A stretch of 64,000 bases of DNA from Paragordius varius (lineage: Eukaryota; Animalia; Nematomorpha): positions 620,001 to 684,000 of the forward strand of contig OZ176058.1 of NCBI GenBank assembly GCA_964247055.1, given 5' to 3'. Numbering within the stretch: the first letter of the stretch is position 1; the number at the start of each line of letters is the position of its first letter. The notes beneath the pieces are model-generated. The model was given only the letters and a program-made list of their open reading frames with translations. It had not been told where the DNA came from and did not search any database. The translations under genes and the position numbers were made by a program. Positions 12,606 through 37,876 of the stretch are shown in pieces.

Positions 12606-14052
12606 ATAAACTAATGTGGTAGATAGAAGAAATTGTTTAATTTAATTAATTTGTTGTTTTTATTGTACGCTAATGTATTGTATTTGATCTACAATATAAA
12701 AGCAGAAAAATATATTGTTATAAAATTTTTTTTATTGGTTTATGAATAGATTTTTAGAATAAATTTGCATTTTTTTCTCTATTAACCAATTTAAAGACTC
12801 CTTTAACTAATAATATGGTTTGGCGTTTTTCTTAAAAAGCTTTGTCTAGTATTTTTGTTTTTTTTTATTGTTTAAATTTTGTAATTGTTAAAGAGATAAA
12901 AAAAAATATACAGTAACATATAGTAAAAATAAAGTTTGTCTATAAATTAGAAGACTTTAATGTTAAAACATGGGATAATGTTATGCGATTTCAACCATTT
13001 GTTGATTGTTACTATACGCTAATGTAATAGACTTCAATAAGGAACATTTTAATTTTTATATGATATGCAGTTCAAAGTTAATATTAGGTTAAAAATCTGA
13101 AATTAATTTAGTATGAATAAGTATACATTGCTAGAAAGTTCTATTAATTACACTAGACAACAAATTTTTCTGCCACTCGAGTTTTTTGCATTTTTTGATA
13201 ATTAATATCATTTTAACAGTAAATCTGAAATAAAAATTATAACTCGTTGGAAGAATTTTGTATAATTTTATTTTTTTGATTATGCGCCCTCTTTATCAAA
13301 ATTTTACTAAAAAATGTTTTTCTTTGAAAATTTACAAGTAATGCCCAATTGTAATATATCATTCGAAAGAATATTATAAACTCTATAAAATGTATACTAA
13401 TATGTATTAATTACATCGACAGTTAATATTGGATTTGTTTTAATTTCAATTTATTATTTTGGATGCAAAATCCTTTAATTTTTTGAAGTTCGAAATATCT
13501 TAAATATTTTAAGGAATCAATAACTAAATAAATTTTCCTATCTAATTAACATAAAATTGTAATAATAAGAATTTTTATAACCTAAAAATATATTTTTAAC
13601 CCCCAAAACATAAAATTTTAGCTTTAGAATATTCTAGAAAGTCAAAACGGTCCTAAATTTATTACATTCATTTATATATCCTGTATTTACATAAACACAC
13701 CACATTTTTTTGCTATTTACATTTCCTTCGTAAAAACACAAAAAGTACACAAAACACGTTTTAATATTTTTTATCACTCGACGAATAATTTCTAATTTTT
13801 TATCTTGAAGCTCTTTTGATTTCAACACAAAAAAAACTATATCTTTTAGAAAAACGTAAAAATCGATAATTGTGTTCTAAAAAATCTAACCTCTCACATA
13901 TTTAAATATTCTAGAAAAATCTACAACACAACAAACTTTTTGTGATATTCCACTTTGAATCTTATTATCAAACCAATCTAATCTTATTTCCTTAAATAAT
14001 CAGATCTTACAGGTATTTTATGTTTTCATTAAATTTAATTTTTAGAAATTAA

Positions 14053-23537
<9,485 letters not shown>

Positions 23538-24488
23538 TGAATGAATGAATAACTTATGCCGGAATCACCTGATTTAACATCAGCTGTTTTTTTGCTTTTA
23601 TTTTTTTGCACTAATAATTTACAATTGTTTTAAATATAAATCAATTTCTTATTAAATATCAAAAATTACAAACAATGTCATAGATGTTTTTGATAAATTT
23701 AATAAAATATGGTTTCAAACAGCTGATTTAATACGCTTTTTATGATTATTTTGATTTATTAATAATTTTTGAATTTACAATGACACAATAATTATCAGCT
23801 TATTTTGCTTTTTAGGCATCCTATATATATATTGCTTTTATCTACATTATATTATAGTTTAATAAAGTCACACATAATACTATTCATGATTCTTCTAAAT
23901 GCAATTAATTAACACAAAATAATTTGAATAAACAGCTGATTTAATACGCCTTTTATGATTTTTTAAATTCATTTGATTCTTTTTTGGAAATATTTTTATT
24001 AACATGGCATCTTTTAATAATTAGTATCAGCTGATATCGCTTTTCTTCAGTATCCTATATATATATTGCTTTTAAGTACATTATATTATAATGAAGTCAC
24101 ACGTAATACTAAACTATTCATGATTTTTCTAAATGCAATAAACAAACCCCATTTTTATTAGTCATGTTTAAATTGTTTCTTCCAAAATGTGCATTTGTGT
24201 ACCCAAAAAATGCCAAAAAGCCCCAATATGATTTTCATGCATTCATTTATTCACATGTGTGCTTTAATTTTTTTTGATTTTATGTAAATGTTCATTACAT
24301 TGCATTGTATTTGATTATTGAGTTTGGTTTTCATTGCTTTTTCTTAATAAATAAATTTTCTTTGGAATTAAATTGTAATTTTTATTGCGATTATTTAAAT
24401 TTTAGTAATCATTTATAGCATTATATATCAGTTACAAATGATATAGTTTACGCCAGAAACAATATTTATTATACCTTAAATGATAAAA

Positions 24489-24717
24489 ATATACCATTTA
24501 CAGTTCAAAATTATGTGTTTTCGAACTAATATAACTCATTATAATATAAAATATATCTTTATGGCGCATATTTTAATATTATTTTTTCAGTATTATTTTA
24601 ATTTAAAACAATAATTATATTAAATATAAGGTAATTTTTAACCTTAATCAAAACATATATTTTATTTGATGTGAATTTGAATTGTTTAAGGGTGTCTTTG
24701 AATTGTAAATGGCATAT
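24489..24717. mobile_element. MITE family B
   Basis: ATATACCATTTACAGTTCAAA... at left; ...TTTGAATTGTAAATGGCATAT at right; internal TTTATGGCGCATA shared with other copies. Confidence 0.75.
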
Positions 24718-24859
24718 CTAGGTTTTTTAAATAATTAGTGGTTAGAAAAAAATATATTCTGTAATATATACAGAGGTCTCTTAATTTAAAATATATAAAG
24801 GGTCAAATAATATTTTTATTTGACAAATACTTATGCCTACTTGACAAAATTGAAATTTT

Positions 24860-26035
24860 ATAGATATTGAAATTATACGGGAATGTAAAATATAAAGACA
24901 AAATTTTTTCAAAAGACAACGATACTTTTTAAAACCTTATTTTTTCCTATATAAGCAATTTCGAAAAATATATAATTAAATGTGTTACTAAAATACATCT
25001 ATATTCCATACTTAGCAATTCCAAATAATGATTTGTATTAATTAATTCAGTATTTAAAAAGTATAGACATTTTAAAAAATATATTTGTCTTTTTATATTT
25101 ATTCAATGCCAAATACTCATGATTTAATACAGTATGGACATTTGGAGATGGCTAATTTACAGTAAAAATTGAAACTATACTACGGACAAAACGTAAAAAT
25201 TTAAAGACAAATATTTTTTAAAAGACAACCATACTTTGTAAAACTTAAAAATTAATTATAACAAGCCTAAATATATAATTGATTGCATTAGTAATATATA
25301 TCTCTATTTTATATTTTTCTGTTTTCAACAATGAATAAAAAAATCAAGATTAAAAAAGTATTATTGTCTTTTAGAAAAATATATTTATCTTTATTTTACG
25401 ATTTGTCCGTATAATTTTTAGTTTTACACATTTAAATAAAATTAATTTTTTAAATATGGTGAGAAAGGAAAAAATTGTTAAATTTTACCATTGTGTTAAT
25501 TTTACTTACACACTACTGTTCAATTGTCCAACTTTAAAGTATGACTAAAAATGTTCTTACCCTATTTTGATTTAAATATTTCAAAGTCTAATAGTGCTTT
25601 TAGTTTTATGGCTTAATAGTTAAGAGAGTATTTTCTACTTTTGTAGTTATATTTCCATATCGAAATATCGTAAACATAGAATGTTAAATATTATTTATGG
25701 CAGCTTTTTTAAATATTTTGTTATTATAATTTACAGTTTATAAAATGATGGTATTAATATGATATTTTTAGAGAAATCCAATTTTTTTATACAGTAAAAA
25801 TTAAAATTACACGGACAAAAGGTAAAAAAATAAAAATAAATATTTTTTAAAGACAACCATATTTTAAACCTTAATATTAACCTTATAACACTATATTTAA
25901 TTATAATGTAAAATAATTACTTATTTTTGCAGTTTAAAACAATTAGTTATATAATAAATCAGGATCTCTAAAAAGTATGGGGTTGTTTTTTAGAAGTGAA
26001 TATTTTTTATATTTTTGGAGGTCCGTATAATTATC
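24860..26035. mobile_element. Three MITE family A copies between the converging GAPDH and SPCS3 3' ends
   Basis: Copies about 24860-25100, 25160-25428 (TA-CAGT start), 25792-26035 (TA-CAGT start). Confidence 0.7.
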
Positions 26036-26277
26036 TATTTATTATAATAAATAATATTTAGTTATAAAATGTATCTTTTTGTGCTTTTAGTTTTCATTCT
26101 TACGAAGCATTTAGAAAATTATATTTCTTTTATGGTAATTTATTCAATATCAAATAATCGTAAAATTAACGCGCATGTTAAATATTGTTTTCACCAGAAA
26201 TATTAAAATCGAATGTTTTGGTTTTAATTCATCATAAGATAATATTTGCTTTAAGCTATGTTTTTTAAAGATATCTA

Positions 26278-26280
<3 letters not shown>

Positions 26281-26354
<74 letters not shown>
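26281..26354. repeat. (TA)n microsatellite, about 37 units
   Basis: Uninterrupted TA run; shorter TA runs near 3050, 4795, 26385, 37845, 63870. Confidence 0.95.
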
Positions 26355-26356
<2 letters not shown>

Positions 26357-26381
26357 ACAAGATTTTAACATAAATAATATA

Positions 26382-26421
<40 letters not shown>

Positions 26422-26482
26422 CCTAAATTTATTTAACACATATTAATCTTTATTCATTTTTTCAAAAACATCAAAATAAAAA

Positions 26483-27876
26483 TTAATTCCGTGAAATATA
26501 GGTTGAAGGAAACGCAAATTTAGGTAATTTTTCGATTTTGTCTTTATATTTTTGAACGTTTTGTCCGTATAATTTCAATTTTTACTCTATATATCCTAAA
26601 TATATTAAACAATATCAAATTTATTTAATTTTTTTGCTAAACACCTGAAAATAAAAATTAATTCCGTGAAATATATTTATTCGCAAGAAATGTTAAAATT
26701 AAATGATTTAGTTTCAAATGATCACAAGATAATATTATATTGATTAAAATATAATTTTTAAACTAAATAAAAAATATATTTATTTTACAAATTAAACAAT
26801 ATTAAAATTATTTCATTTTTTCAAAAAACATCAAAATATCAAAATTAATTCCGTGAAATATATTTACTCACAAGAAATGTTAAAATGAAATGTTTTGATT
26901 TTAAATTTAAAGCTAATATTATTTGCTTTTTAAAGAAATCTAAAACTAAACAAACAATATATAAATTAATTTATTAAACAATATTATATTTATTTATTTT
27001 TCATAAAATTTTTCAAAAAATTAAATTAATCCCGTGAAATATAGGTTGAAGGAAAAGCAAATTTAGGTAATTTTTCAATTTTAAGTGATCATAAGATAAT
27101 ATTATATTGATTAAAAAATATTTCTAAAACTAAATAAAAAATAAATCTAAAACTAAATAAAAAATATATATATCTAAAACTAAATAAATCAAAAAATAAA
27201 TTAAACTAATAAACATTAAATTTATAAAATATTAAATTTATTTTTTAAAAAAACATCATCAAAATAAAAATTAATTCCGTGAAATATATGTTGAAGGAAA
27301 AGCAAATTTAGGTAATTTTTCAATTTTAAATCATCATAAGATAATTTTATTTTGATTAAAAAATAAATCTAAAACTAAATAAAAAAATATATATAACTAA
27401 ATAACAATATTAAATTTATTTATTTTTTTTAAAAAATTCACGGTAATAGTTCAAATTTTAATAAATTTTAGGTAATTTTTCGATTTTTATATTTTTAAAC
27501 GTTTTGTCCGTATAATTTCAATTTTTACTATATATCCAAAATTTATTTAACAATATTAAATTTATTATTTTTCAAAAATTTTTTTTCAAAAAACATCATA
27601 AAAATAAAAATTAATTCCGTGAAATATATGTTGAAGGAAACGCAAATTTAGGTAATTTTTTCGATTTTAAGTGATCATAAGATAATATTATATTGATAAA
27701 AATATAAATCTAAAACTAAATAAAATATATATACATATATATCCTAAATATATTCAATATTAAATTTTTTAAATTTATTCATTTTTTTTCAAAAACTCAT
27801 AAAAATTAAAATTAATTCCGTGAAATATAGGTTGAAGGAAATGCAAATTTAGGTAATTTTTCAATTTTAAGTGATC
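26483..27876 (-). repeat. Array of echoes of the SPCS3 C-terminus plus stop codon in the 3' flank
   Basis: Five long copies (near 27812, 27611, 27271, 27026, 26483) encoding IEKLPKFAFPSTYISRN*, plus two or three short or degenerate ones (26658, 26805, about 27435). Confidence 0.9.
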
Positions 27877-28013
27877 ATAAGATAATTTTATTTGCTTCAA
27901 GATATTTTTCAAAGAAACTTAATTTTATATATTCTAAATTTATTTAACAATATTATACTAATTTACTAAATTTATTAAATTTATTTAACATTTATTTTGT
28001 TCAAAAATAAAAA

Positions 28014-29652
28014 TTAATTTCGTGAAATATATGTTGATGGAAACGCAAATTTAGGTAATTTTTCAATCAGGTGATCTAGAACATTCCCTCGACTATCGAG
28101 TTGAAGTCCAGAGGTAAAGATTGGACCTGTGTTGGGTATAACATTCCAATACATGGAAAGCGTGATATTTTTATTTCCGCTAAAATTTTGTAAAAAATAA
28201 AAAAAATAAAAAAATTATAAAATTATTTATAAATTTATATAAAAATTCAAAAAATTTAAAAATATAGATATATGAATTAAAAAAATTATAAAATTAATCA
28301 TTTTTTGTAAATATATAATAAAAAAAATATTAAAACTTTAAAATTTAAGGAAAAATATAAAAAATTAAAATTCAATAAAAATATAAAAATGTTTATAAGA
28401 AAAATTTATAAAACAAAATAAAAATGATTATAAGAAAAATTTAAAAATCCGTTAAAATTTTGTTAAAAACAAAAAAAAATTTTTTATAATTTTTTAAATA
28501 TATAAAGAAAAATTTATAAAAAATGTAAAAATTCAGAAAATATGTTAAATTTTAAATTCAATAAAAATATAAAAAATTTAAAATTCAATAAAAATATAAA
28601 AAATTTATAAAATAACATTCCAATACATGGAAAGCGTAATATTCTTATTTCCGCTGAAATTAAAAAAAAAATATAAAATTAATCATTTTTTGAAAATAAA
28701 TGAATAATTTATAAAAACTATAAAATTATAAAAACTCTAAGAATTTGATGAATTTATAAAAATTTAAAAAATTAACTAAAATTAAAACACAAAACAAAAA
28801 AATTATAAATTATTTAAAATGAAAATTTTGTAAACTGAAAAATTATAAATGAAAATACATGGAAAGCGTAATATTTTTATTTCCGCTAAAAATTAAAAAA
28901 AATTATAAAAATAAATATTTATAAATTTATAATTAAAAAAAACACAAAAAAATTATAAAATTAATCATTTTTTGTAAATATAATTGCAAAAAAAATATTG
29001 AAACTTTAAAATTTAAGGAAAAATATAAAAAATTAAAATTCAATAAAAATAAAATGTTTATAAGAAAAATTTATAAAAACTATAGAAAAATTAATGAAAA
29101 ATTTAAAAAAAACTTTTAAATTTTTAAAAATATGAAAAAATTCAATGAAAATATGAAAAATTTATAAAAATATTACATTAAAAATTAAATGAAAAATATA
29201 AAAAATTTAAAATTCAATAAAAATATAAAAAATTTATAAAATAACATTCCAGTACATGGAAAGCGTAATATTTTTATTTCCGCTAAAATTTTAAAATTAA
29301 ACAAAAAAAAAATATTAAATATTGTAAAAACCGTAAAAAATTATAAAATCTTTAATAATTCAAATTCCTTTAACAATTCAAATTCACCATTAACAGTTCA
29401 AATTTACCCTCGACGATTCGAATTCACCCTTGAATTCAAATTCACCTTAAAATAAATGTGAAATATTTTCTTATAGCGTATTTTATTATTTTTTCTGTAT
29501 TATTCTAATTTTAAACAATGTTTCATTTTACAAAAATATATATAATATAGGTAATTTTAAATCTTAAAAAACACACATAATTTATTTAAGGGGGTGAATT
29601 TGAACTAATTCAATATCTATAAATATATACATATATATATATGTATCTATAA

Positions 29653-29684
<32 letters not shown>

Positions 29685-32600
29685 TAAATAATTTTTTTTT
29701 AAAAAAATATAATTTAAAAAATTTACATTAAACCACCCCGACATCATCCCAAAAATTGTATTTTGGTTCAAATTTTTATTTTAAATCAAAATATATATTT
29801 TTTAAAAAAATAGATAAATTAATAAATTTAAACTATAAAATCAAAAACATAGTAGTATATTATTTAAAAATATTATAAATATTTATTTTTATTAACCTTA
29901 AAATATAATCAAATAACCAAAAACCATCATTTTTAAAAAATTTTTCCAAATTTGAATATAAATACCAAAAAAAATCATTTTTAAATTTTTTTTTGGCTGA
30001 AATAATAAAAAATATTTTTTAACTAATAATATATTTTTTTTAAAAAAAGATTATTTAATTTTTAAAAAATATTCGATAAACTAATATAAATTTTTTTTAA
30101 AAAAAATTATATATTTTTAAATAAATATATATTTTATAAAAAAACTTTTTAAAATAAATATTTTAACATCAAACCACCCTGACCATCATCCCAAAAATAG
30201 TATTTTGGTTTCAATTTCTTAACATTAATAAAAATATATATATATTTAAAAAACTTTTTCTTTATAAAAAAATTATTTTTTATTAAAAAATATTTGTAAT
30301 TTTCAAAATATTTTAATATTTACATTTTTTTTAATATTTTTAACTTTAAAATACAAAAACCAAAAAAAAATATCATTTTTTATAGAATTTTTTTCGATAA
30401 TATAAAATATATAATATATATAATAAATATCTATAAATATATATATATATATATTTTTAAATATATAAATATTTTTAAACCCAAAAATAGTATTTTGGTT
30501 TCAAATTTTTTTTAATTAATAAATATATATATTTAAAAAAATCTATCTTTAATAAAAAAAAATTATTTAATATTATAAAAAATATTTGTATTTTAAATAT
30601 TTATATATATGTTTATAAAAAATTTTATTAACCTTAAAATATTACTCAAAAAACCCTAAAAAATATCATTTTTAAGTAAAAAAATATTTTTTAACTAATA
30701 AAATAAATTTAATATAGTTTTAATTAAAATAAATATATATATTTATATATATATTAAAATACAAAATGACAAAAATATATTAACCTTAAAATATAATCAA
30801 AAAATCAAAAAAATATTATTTAGGAAAAAAATTTTTTTTTTCAAAATATATAAATATAAAACAATTATTCTAAAACTACTTTTAATCAAAAAAATATCAT
30901 TTTTTAAAATATATATATATATATTTAAAAAATTATAAAATTTAAATAATATTTTAAAATAAATAAATATATTTTAAAAATATATATTTTTTAAAAAATA
31001 TAAATATTTTTAAATTAAACCACCCCGACCATCATCCCAAAAATAGTATTTTGGTTTAAAATTTTTTTATTTTATTAAAAAAATATATATTTTTAAAAAA
31101 ATTATTAATAAATTTAATTTAATAAACTATAAAATCGAAAACACAGTAGTATATTAATTTTAAATTTTCAACTTTTTTGTATAAAATTTATTACTAACTT
31201 AAAAATTTACTCAAAAAACCCTAAAATGTTTTTTAAGAAAAAAATTTTTGATAAACTAATATCATTTAAGAAATAAAATTTTTTTTTAGAAAACTTTTTT
31301 AATATATATTTATAAAAATAAATATATATATATATATATATATATATTTAAAATATATATTTTTTTATAAAATTCCAAAAAAAATTACATTAAACCACCC
31401 CGACCATCGTCCCAAAAATAATATTTTGGTTTCAAATTTTTTTATTTTAAATGAATATATATAAAAAATATTTATAATTTAAAATTAAAATATTTACATA
31501 TTTTTGTGTAAATTTTTATTAACCTTAAAATATAATCAAAAAACCAAAAAATATTATTTTTTAAGAATTTTTTTTAAAAAATATATCTATAAATTTTTAA
31601 ATAAAAAATATAATTTTTTATATATATATATATTTTTTAAAAAATATATATTTTTTTTATAAAAATATAAATATTTTTACATTAAACCACCCCGACCATC
31701 ATCCCAAAAATAGTATTTTGGTTTCAAATTCTTAACATCAATAATTGCTTTTTCAATTTTTCCAGTTTGTGGATTTTCGTTTTTTCTTTCAATAATTTTG
31801 TCCCATAAAATGACTTGATTTAATTCCTAAAAAATATTTAAAATTTATTTAAAATTAAATTTTAATAAAAAATAATAATATAAAATATTAAAAATGATAA
31901 AAAATTAAAATAAATATAAAAAAATGATTTTTTTTATGTTGTTTGATCAATAATTTTGTCCCATAAAATGACTTGATTTAATTCCTAAAATATATAAATT
32001 TTTTTATTAAAAACTAAAATTTATTACAAATATTTAATAAAATATATAAATTAATTAAAAATGTTAAAATAAATATAGATATATATATATATATAAAAGA
32101 TTGTAGAATTGTATTAAAATTAATAAAAGTAAATTAAAAAAGTAAAAAATTTAATTAAATATTTAAAAAATTTAATATATATATATATATATATATTTAT
32201 ATTTATTTTTTAAAATTGTATAAAATATATTATATATAAATTGTTTTTTATATAAAAAAAATTTATGCATAAAAATATGTATATTTTTTTATTATTAAGG
32301 AAATAAGTTGTTTTTTTCATAAATAAAATTTATTTTATTTTATTCGATTATTTTGTCCCATAATATGACTTGAATTAATTCCTAAAATAAAATAAAATAT
32401 AAATTTAAAATATTAAAAAAAAATAATTTAATAAAATTAAAAAAGTTTTTTTATTTATATTATATATTTATATATATATAAATATATATATTTAACAAGA
32501 TTATAAAAACTGTATAAAAATTAATAAAAGTAAATTAAAAAGTAAAAAATTTAATTTATTTAAAAAATTTAATATATATATATATATATATTTATTTTTT

Positions 32601-32816
32601 AAAATTGTATAAAATATATTATAGTTTAATAATTTATATTTAAAAAAATATATATAATATATGTATATTTTTTTTAAATTTTTAAGAAAATAAGTTGTTT
32701 TTTCAAAAATAAAATTTTTTTGTCCCATAAAATGACTTGATTTTTCTAAAAAAAATTATAAATTATTAAAATAAAAATTTAATAAATTTAAATATATATA
32801 TATATATAATAAAATG

Positions 32817-32850
<34 letters not shown>

Positions 32851-33172
32851 ATATATAATTTTTATAAAATATGTGGTTTTTCAAAAAATTAAATATTATA
32901 AAAATTTAAAAATGATTAAATATATATGTTTATATATATCTCTAAATTATTAAAAATTTAAATTTAATAAATTAAAAATATAATATATCTAAACTATTAG
33001 AAAAATGTTTTTTTATAAAAACAAAAAAAATAAATTTTTTAAATTGTTTTTTTTTATTGAATAAAATATTATTTCATTCAATAATTTTATCCCATAAAAT
33101 GACTTGTAATTCCTAAAATATTTAAAATTAAATTTTTAATTGAATAAAATGAATTAAAATATTAAATTTTTT

Positions 33173-33214
<42 letters not shown>

Positions 33215-36200
33215 CTCTAAAATAAAAAAAAATCAGGAATAAAAATAATTAGCAATATATATGTATATATATTTCTTAATATTGTAAAAATAATTATTAC
33301 AATATTGTTTAAAAAAATTAATATAATTTTTAATAAATTAATATATATTTTATAAAATATTAATTTAATATAATTTTATTTAAATTAATTATTTTAATAA
33401 AATTAGAAAATAAAATTATTTTTAAAAAATAAATAAATAAAATATCATAAAATTATAAAATCTTAATTAATTAATTTTAATAAAAATTAAAATTCAAAAG
33501 ATATTTATTTATTAATTTTTCAAAAAATAATTTTTAAATTAAAAATTTCCAAAAAAATTTTTATAAAAAAATTTAAATAAAAAATAAATAAAAATATAAA
33601 AAATTAATATAATTAAAAAAAATAAAAATCGAAAATTTGTTAAAATCATAATTAAAATTTTTTTTTATAAAAAATTAAAATAAATTATAATATAATTCTT
33701 ATTAAATTAATTAATTTTAATAAATTAATATAATTTAAAAAAATAAAATATTATAAAAATTAAATAAATAATATTTTAATATATTTTTAATTAAAATAAT
33801 TTTATTTTAGAAAAATTCAAATAAAAAATAATCTTCAAAAAAATACAATTTTTAAAATAAAATATTAAAAAATATTAGCATTAAAATTAAACATAAAATT
33901 AATTAATAAAATCAACAAAATTAATATTTTAAAATGATAAATAAATTAATTAAATTTGTAAATTAATTAAATTTTTTAAAAAAATAAATAAATATTCAAA
34001 TTGATAAATAAAAATTTAATATTTTTAATAAATTTTAATAAATAAATTTATTAAATTTGTAAATTAATTAAATTTATTAATTAATTTAATAAAAAAATAT
34101 TAAAAATAAAATTTTAATAAAAAATTTAAATAAATTACGTTTTGAGGTGTAGTATATTCAGCCACAACATAAACAAATAATTGTTTAACATTCCAATTGA
34201 ACAAAGGATTTAAATCTAAAAAATATAAAAAATTAATAATTTAAAATATTATAAAAAATTAATAAAATATATTAATAATTAAATGATATTTAAGAAATCA
34301 AAAATATAATAGATTTTTAAAATAATGAAAAAATTTAAAATATTTATAAAAATTAAATTATATAATAAAAAATAAAATAAATTTATAAGATATTAATAAA
34401 AAAAAAATTTTAAAATAATAAAATAAAAATTTTTAAAAGAAAAAATCTATAAAATTAAAATAAAATAAAAAATAATAAAAAAAAAATAAAAAAATAATAA
34501 AATAAAAATCTATAAAATTAAGAAAAAACAAAAATCTCTACAAATTTAAAATTATTTACGAGTTTAATATACTTTAACTAATATTTATAATTTTTTTAAA
34601 AAATAATTGAAATATTATTTTAAAAAAAATATTTATATAAAAACATTTAATTTAAATATTTTTAGAAAATTAAAAATATTCAAAAATTAAAAATAAATAT
34701 TGAAATATTACATAATATATTAAACTTGAAAAATTAAAAAATTTAATATAATTAAAATTTTTTTTTTGAAAATTGAAAATAAATTATAATTTTATTAAAA
34801 AAAATGTTTTAAATATTTAAATAAAAATAATTATTTTAAATTAAAATATATTTAAAAAAAACAAATTAATTATCAATTTAAAAAACAACATTATGAAAGA
34901 TTTTACATTTTTTAAAAATTATATTAGGAAAAAAAATTAATTTAATAAATAATTTGGAATCAAAAATATCCAAAAAAAAATAAATTCAAAATCAATATAT
35001 TTTATAGAAAATTAAAAATAAAAATTAAATAATCTATTTAATTTATATATAAATAATAATTTTTTTTAAAAAAAATTGAAAATATATTTTAAAAATGTTT
35101 TTTAAAAAAAACAAATTTAAATATAATTTATTTTTACCTGCTTTAATATTGAGCGTTAGAAATCCCAAATCAGTCAATTCATTATCGCCCGTAAAATCTG
35201 ATAATAAACTTCTAAAAAAAATAAAAAAATTTTAAAAAATATTTAAAAATATTTTAAATTTAAATATTATTTATAAAAATTAAAAATAAATTTATCTTAA
35301 TAAGTATTAAATTTCTATGAAATTATGTAATAATTAAAATTTAAATAAAAAAAATATTAAAAAAAATTAAAAAATATATTTATAATATAAAATAAAATAT
35401 ATAAAAATAAATATATAAAAAATTAATAAATTTAGAAAATTTATAAAAATTAAAAAATAAACATATATATATTGAATTTATAATAACCTTCTAAAAAAAT
35501 AAAAAATATTTTAATAAAAAATTGGTAGAAATTAATAAATATTAATAAAATAGCATATAAATAAAAAAACTTAATTATAAAAATAAAAAATCTGATAATA
35601 AACTTCCAAAAAAAATTAAAATATTTAAAATTTAAAAATAATTTAAAATTAAATAATACATATAAAAAATATATTACAAATAAATTTTTTTTTAAATTTA
35701 ATATTATTTATAAAAAATATATTAAAAATAAATTTTTTTTAAAATTTAATATTATTTTATAAGAAAAATATTTAAAAATATATAAAATATTTAAAAATAT
35801 ATAAAATATTTAAAAAATAATAAAAAATTAAAAAAACATATATAAATAATTAAAAATGTTATAAACATATTAAGAAATATTCAAATGTTAAAATAAATAA
35901 ATTAAAAAATTATAAAAAATAAAATATATAAATATAATATTTTAAATACCAATATTTTTTATATTTTATAAACCATTTTTTTTCAAAGTTTTAAAATATA
36001 TTTCAAAAGTATTTCAAACTTATTAAAAATCATTAATCAATATTTCACTAAAATTCTAGAATTTTTAATAAAACTTTTTAAAAACTCTTTTATTACCAAA
36101 TATCAATATTTATAAACCATTTTTTTTCAAACTTTAAAAATATATTTCAAAGTATTTAAAAAAATAAAATATTTCAAAATATAATCAAATAAATTCAATA

Positions 36201-37840
36201 ATTTTTTTTAAAGGAAAAAAAACTTTTTATAAATAACTCTTCTATTAAAAATATAATATAATTAAAATTTTATAAAAATTTTTTGCAAACTCTAAAATTA
36301 CATCTCAAAAGTATTTCAAACTTTAAAAATATATTTCAAATTTATCTTTTCAAAATATTACAAAAAACTTTTATAAACTGTACTATTAAAAAATAATATT
36401 TTTTACGTCTAAAATTAATCTATAAACTCTTCTATTTAAAATATACATTGTAAATTACTATTTTATAAACTTTTTATAATCTTTAATAAACAAAATTTTT
36501 CTAATAAATCGAAATTTTTCAAAAAAATCTAAATTTTTAAAATAAAAAAATTTTATAAACACTATTAACAAATATTTTTTTTATATTTACAACTCTATAT
36601 TTTCAAAAAAAAATCAAATTTTAAACTTTTTTATTTCAAAAATCTAATTTTATAAATCAAACTTTGAAAAATTCATTTCATAAGTATTGCAAACTTAAAA
36701 ATATATCTCAAAATCCAAAAAATCTAAAAAATATTTTTAAACCTAAATAATTCAAAAAAACTTTTTATAAACTATTCTATTAAAAATACATCTTAAAAGT
36801 ATTTCAAACTTTTTATAAACCATTTTTTTTCAAACTTTATAAAAACTTTTTTTTTCAAACATTAAAAATAATATATTAATAACAGAACTTTTTATATTTA
36901 ATCTATATAAATATATCTAGAAAATCTAAATTTATAAATCAAACTTGAAAAATTCTCAAAAGTATTTCATACAAAAATATGTCTTAATATCTAAAAAATC
37001 TAAAAAAATATTTATAAAATTTCTAATATTTCAAATTTCAAATTTTTTCAAAGCTAAATAAAATTATTCTTACACTGATAAGCAGCATTAAATTAAGCTT
37101 TTTATTAACATTTTATAATCTTTTTTTTATTTCAAACTTTAAAATACTTAAAATATTTCAAACTCATCAAAATATATCAATCGATATTTCACTAAAATTC
37201 TAGAATTTATAAACTTTTTTTTTAATAAATTTACAACTATAGTTTAGAAAATACTCAAATTACTTTTATAAATTTTAAACTTTATAAATTTTTATTTTAA
37301 ACTCTTATGATATAGCTCAAAAGTATTCCAATAAAACTTTTTATAAATTCTATTAAAAATACATCTCAAAAGTATTTCAAACTTTTTATAAACCATTTTT
37401 TTCAAACTTTAAACTTTTCTAATTAAAAACAAAAACTTTTAAATCTTTATAAATACAAATATAAAATCAAAACTATTCTAAAAATTAATTTCCAAAATAT
37501 TTAAATTTTCAAATCACTTTTTTTCAAAATATTTGAAAATTTAAAATAATTTCAAATTTTAAACTTTTTTTAAAAATATATTTCAAAAATATTTACAACT
37601 AAGATTCTAGTTAAAAAACTAATCTTTTCAAAAACATTTCAAAAAAAAAAAATTTATTTCAAAAAATCAAATAATTCTAGAAAATTCTAAATAAAATTCT
37701 TACACAGATAAGCGGTCCGCATTAATTTTAACGGGTTGGTCCGTCATAACTGAGGCCGAATAATTATTTTTTATGAAAACCAAAAAAATTTATTTTTTTA
37801 TAAAAAAAGTAAAAATCAATGAATATTTTATAAAATTCTA

Positions 37841-37876
<36 letters not shown>

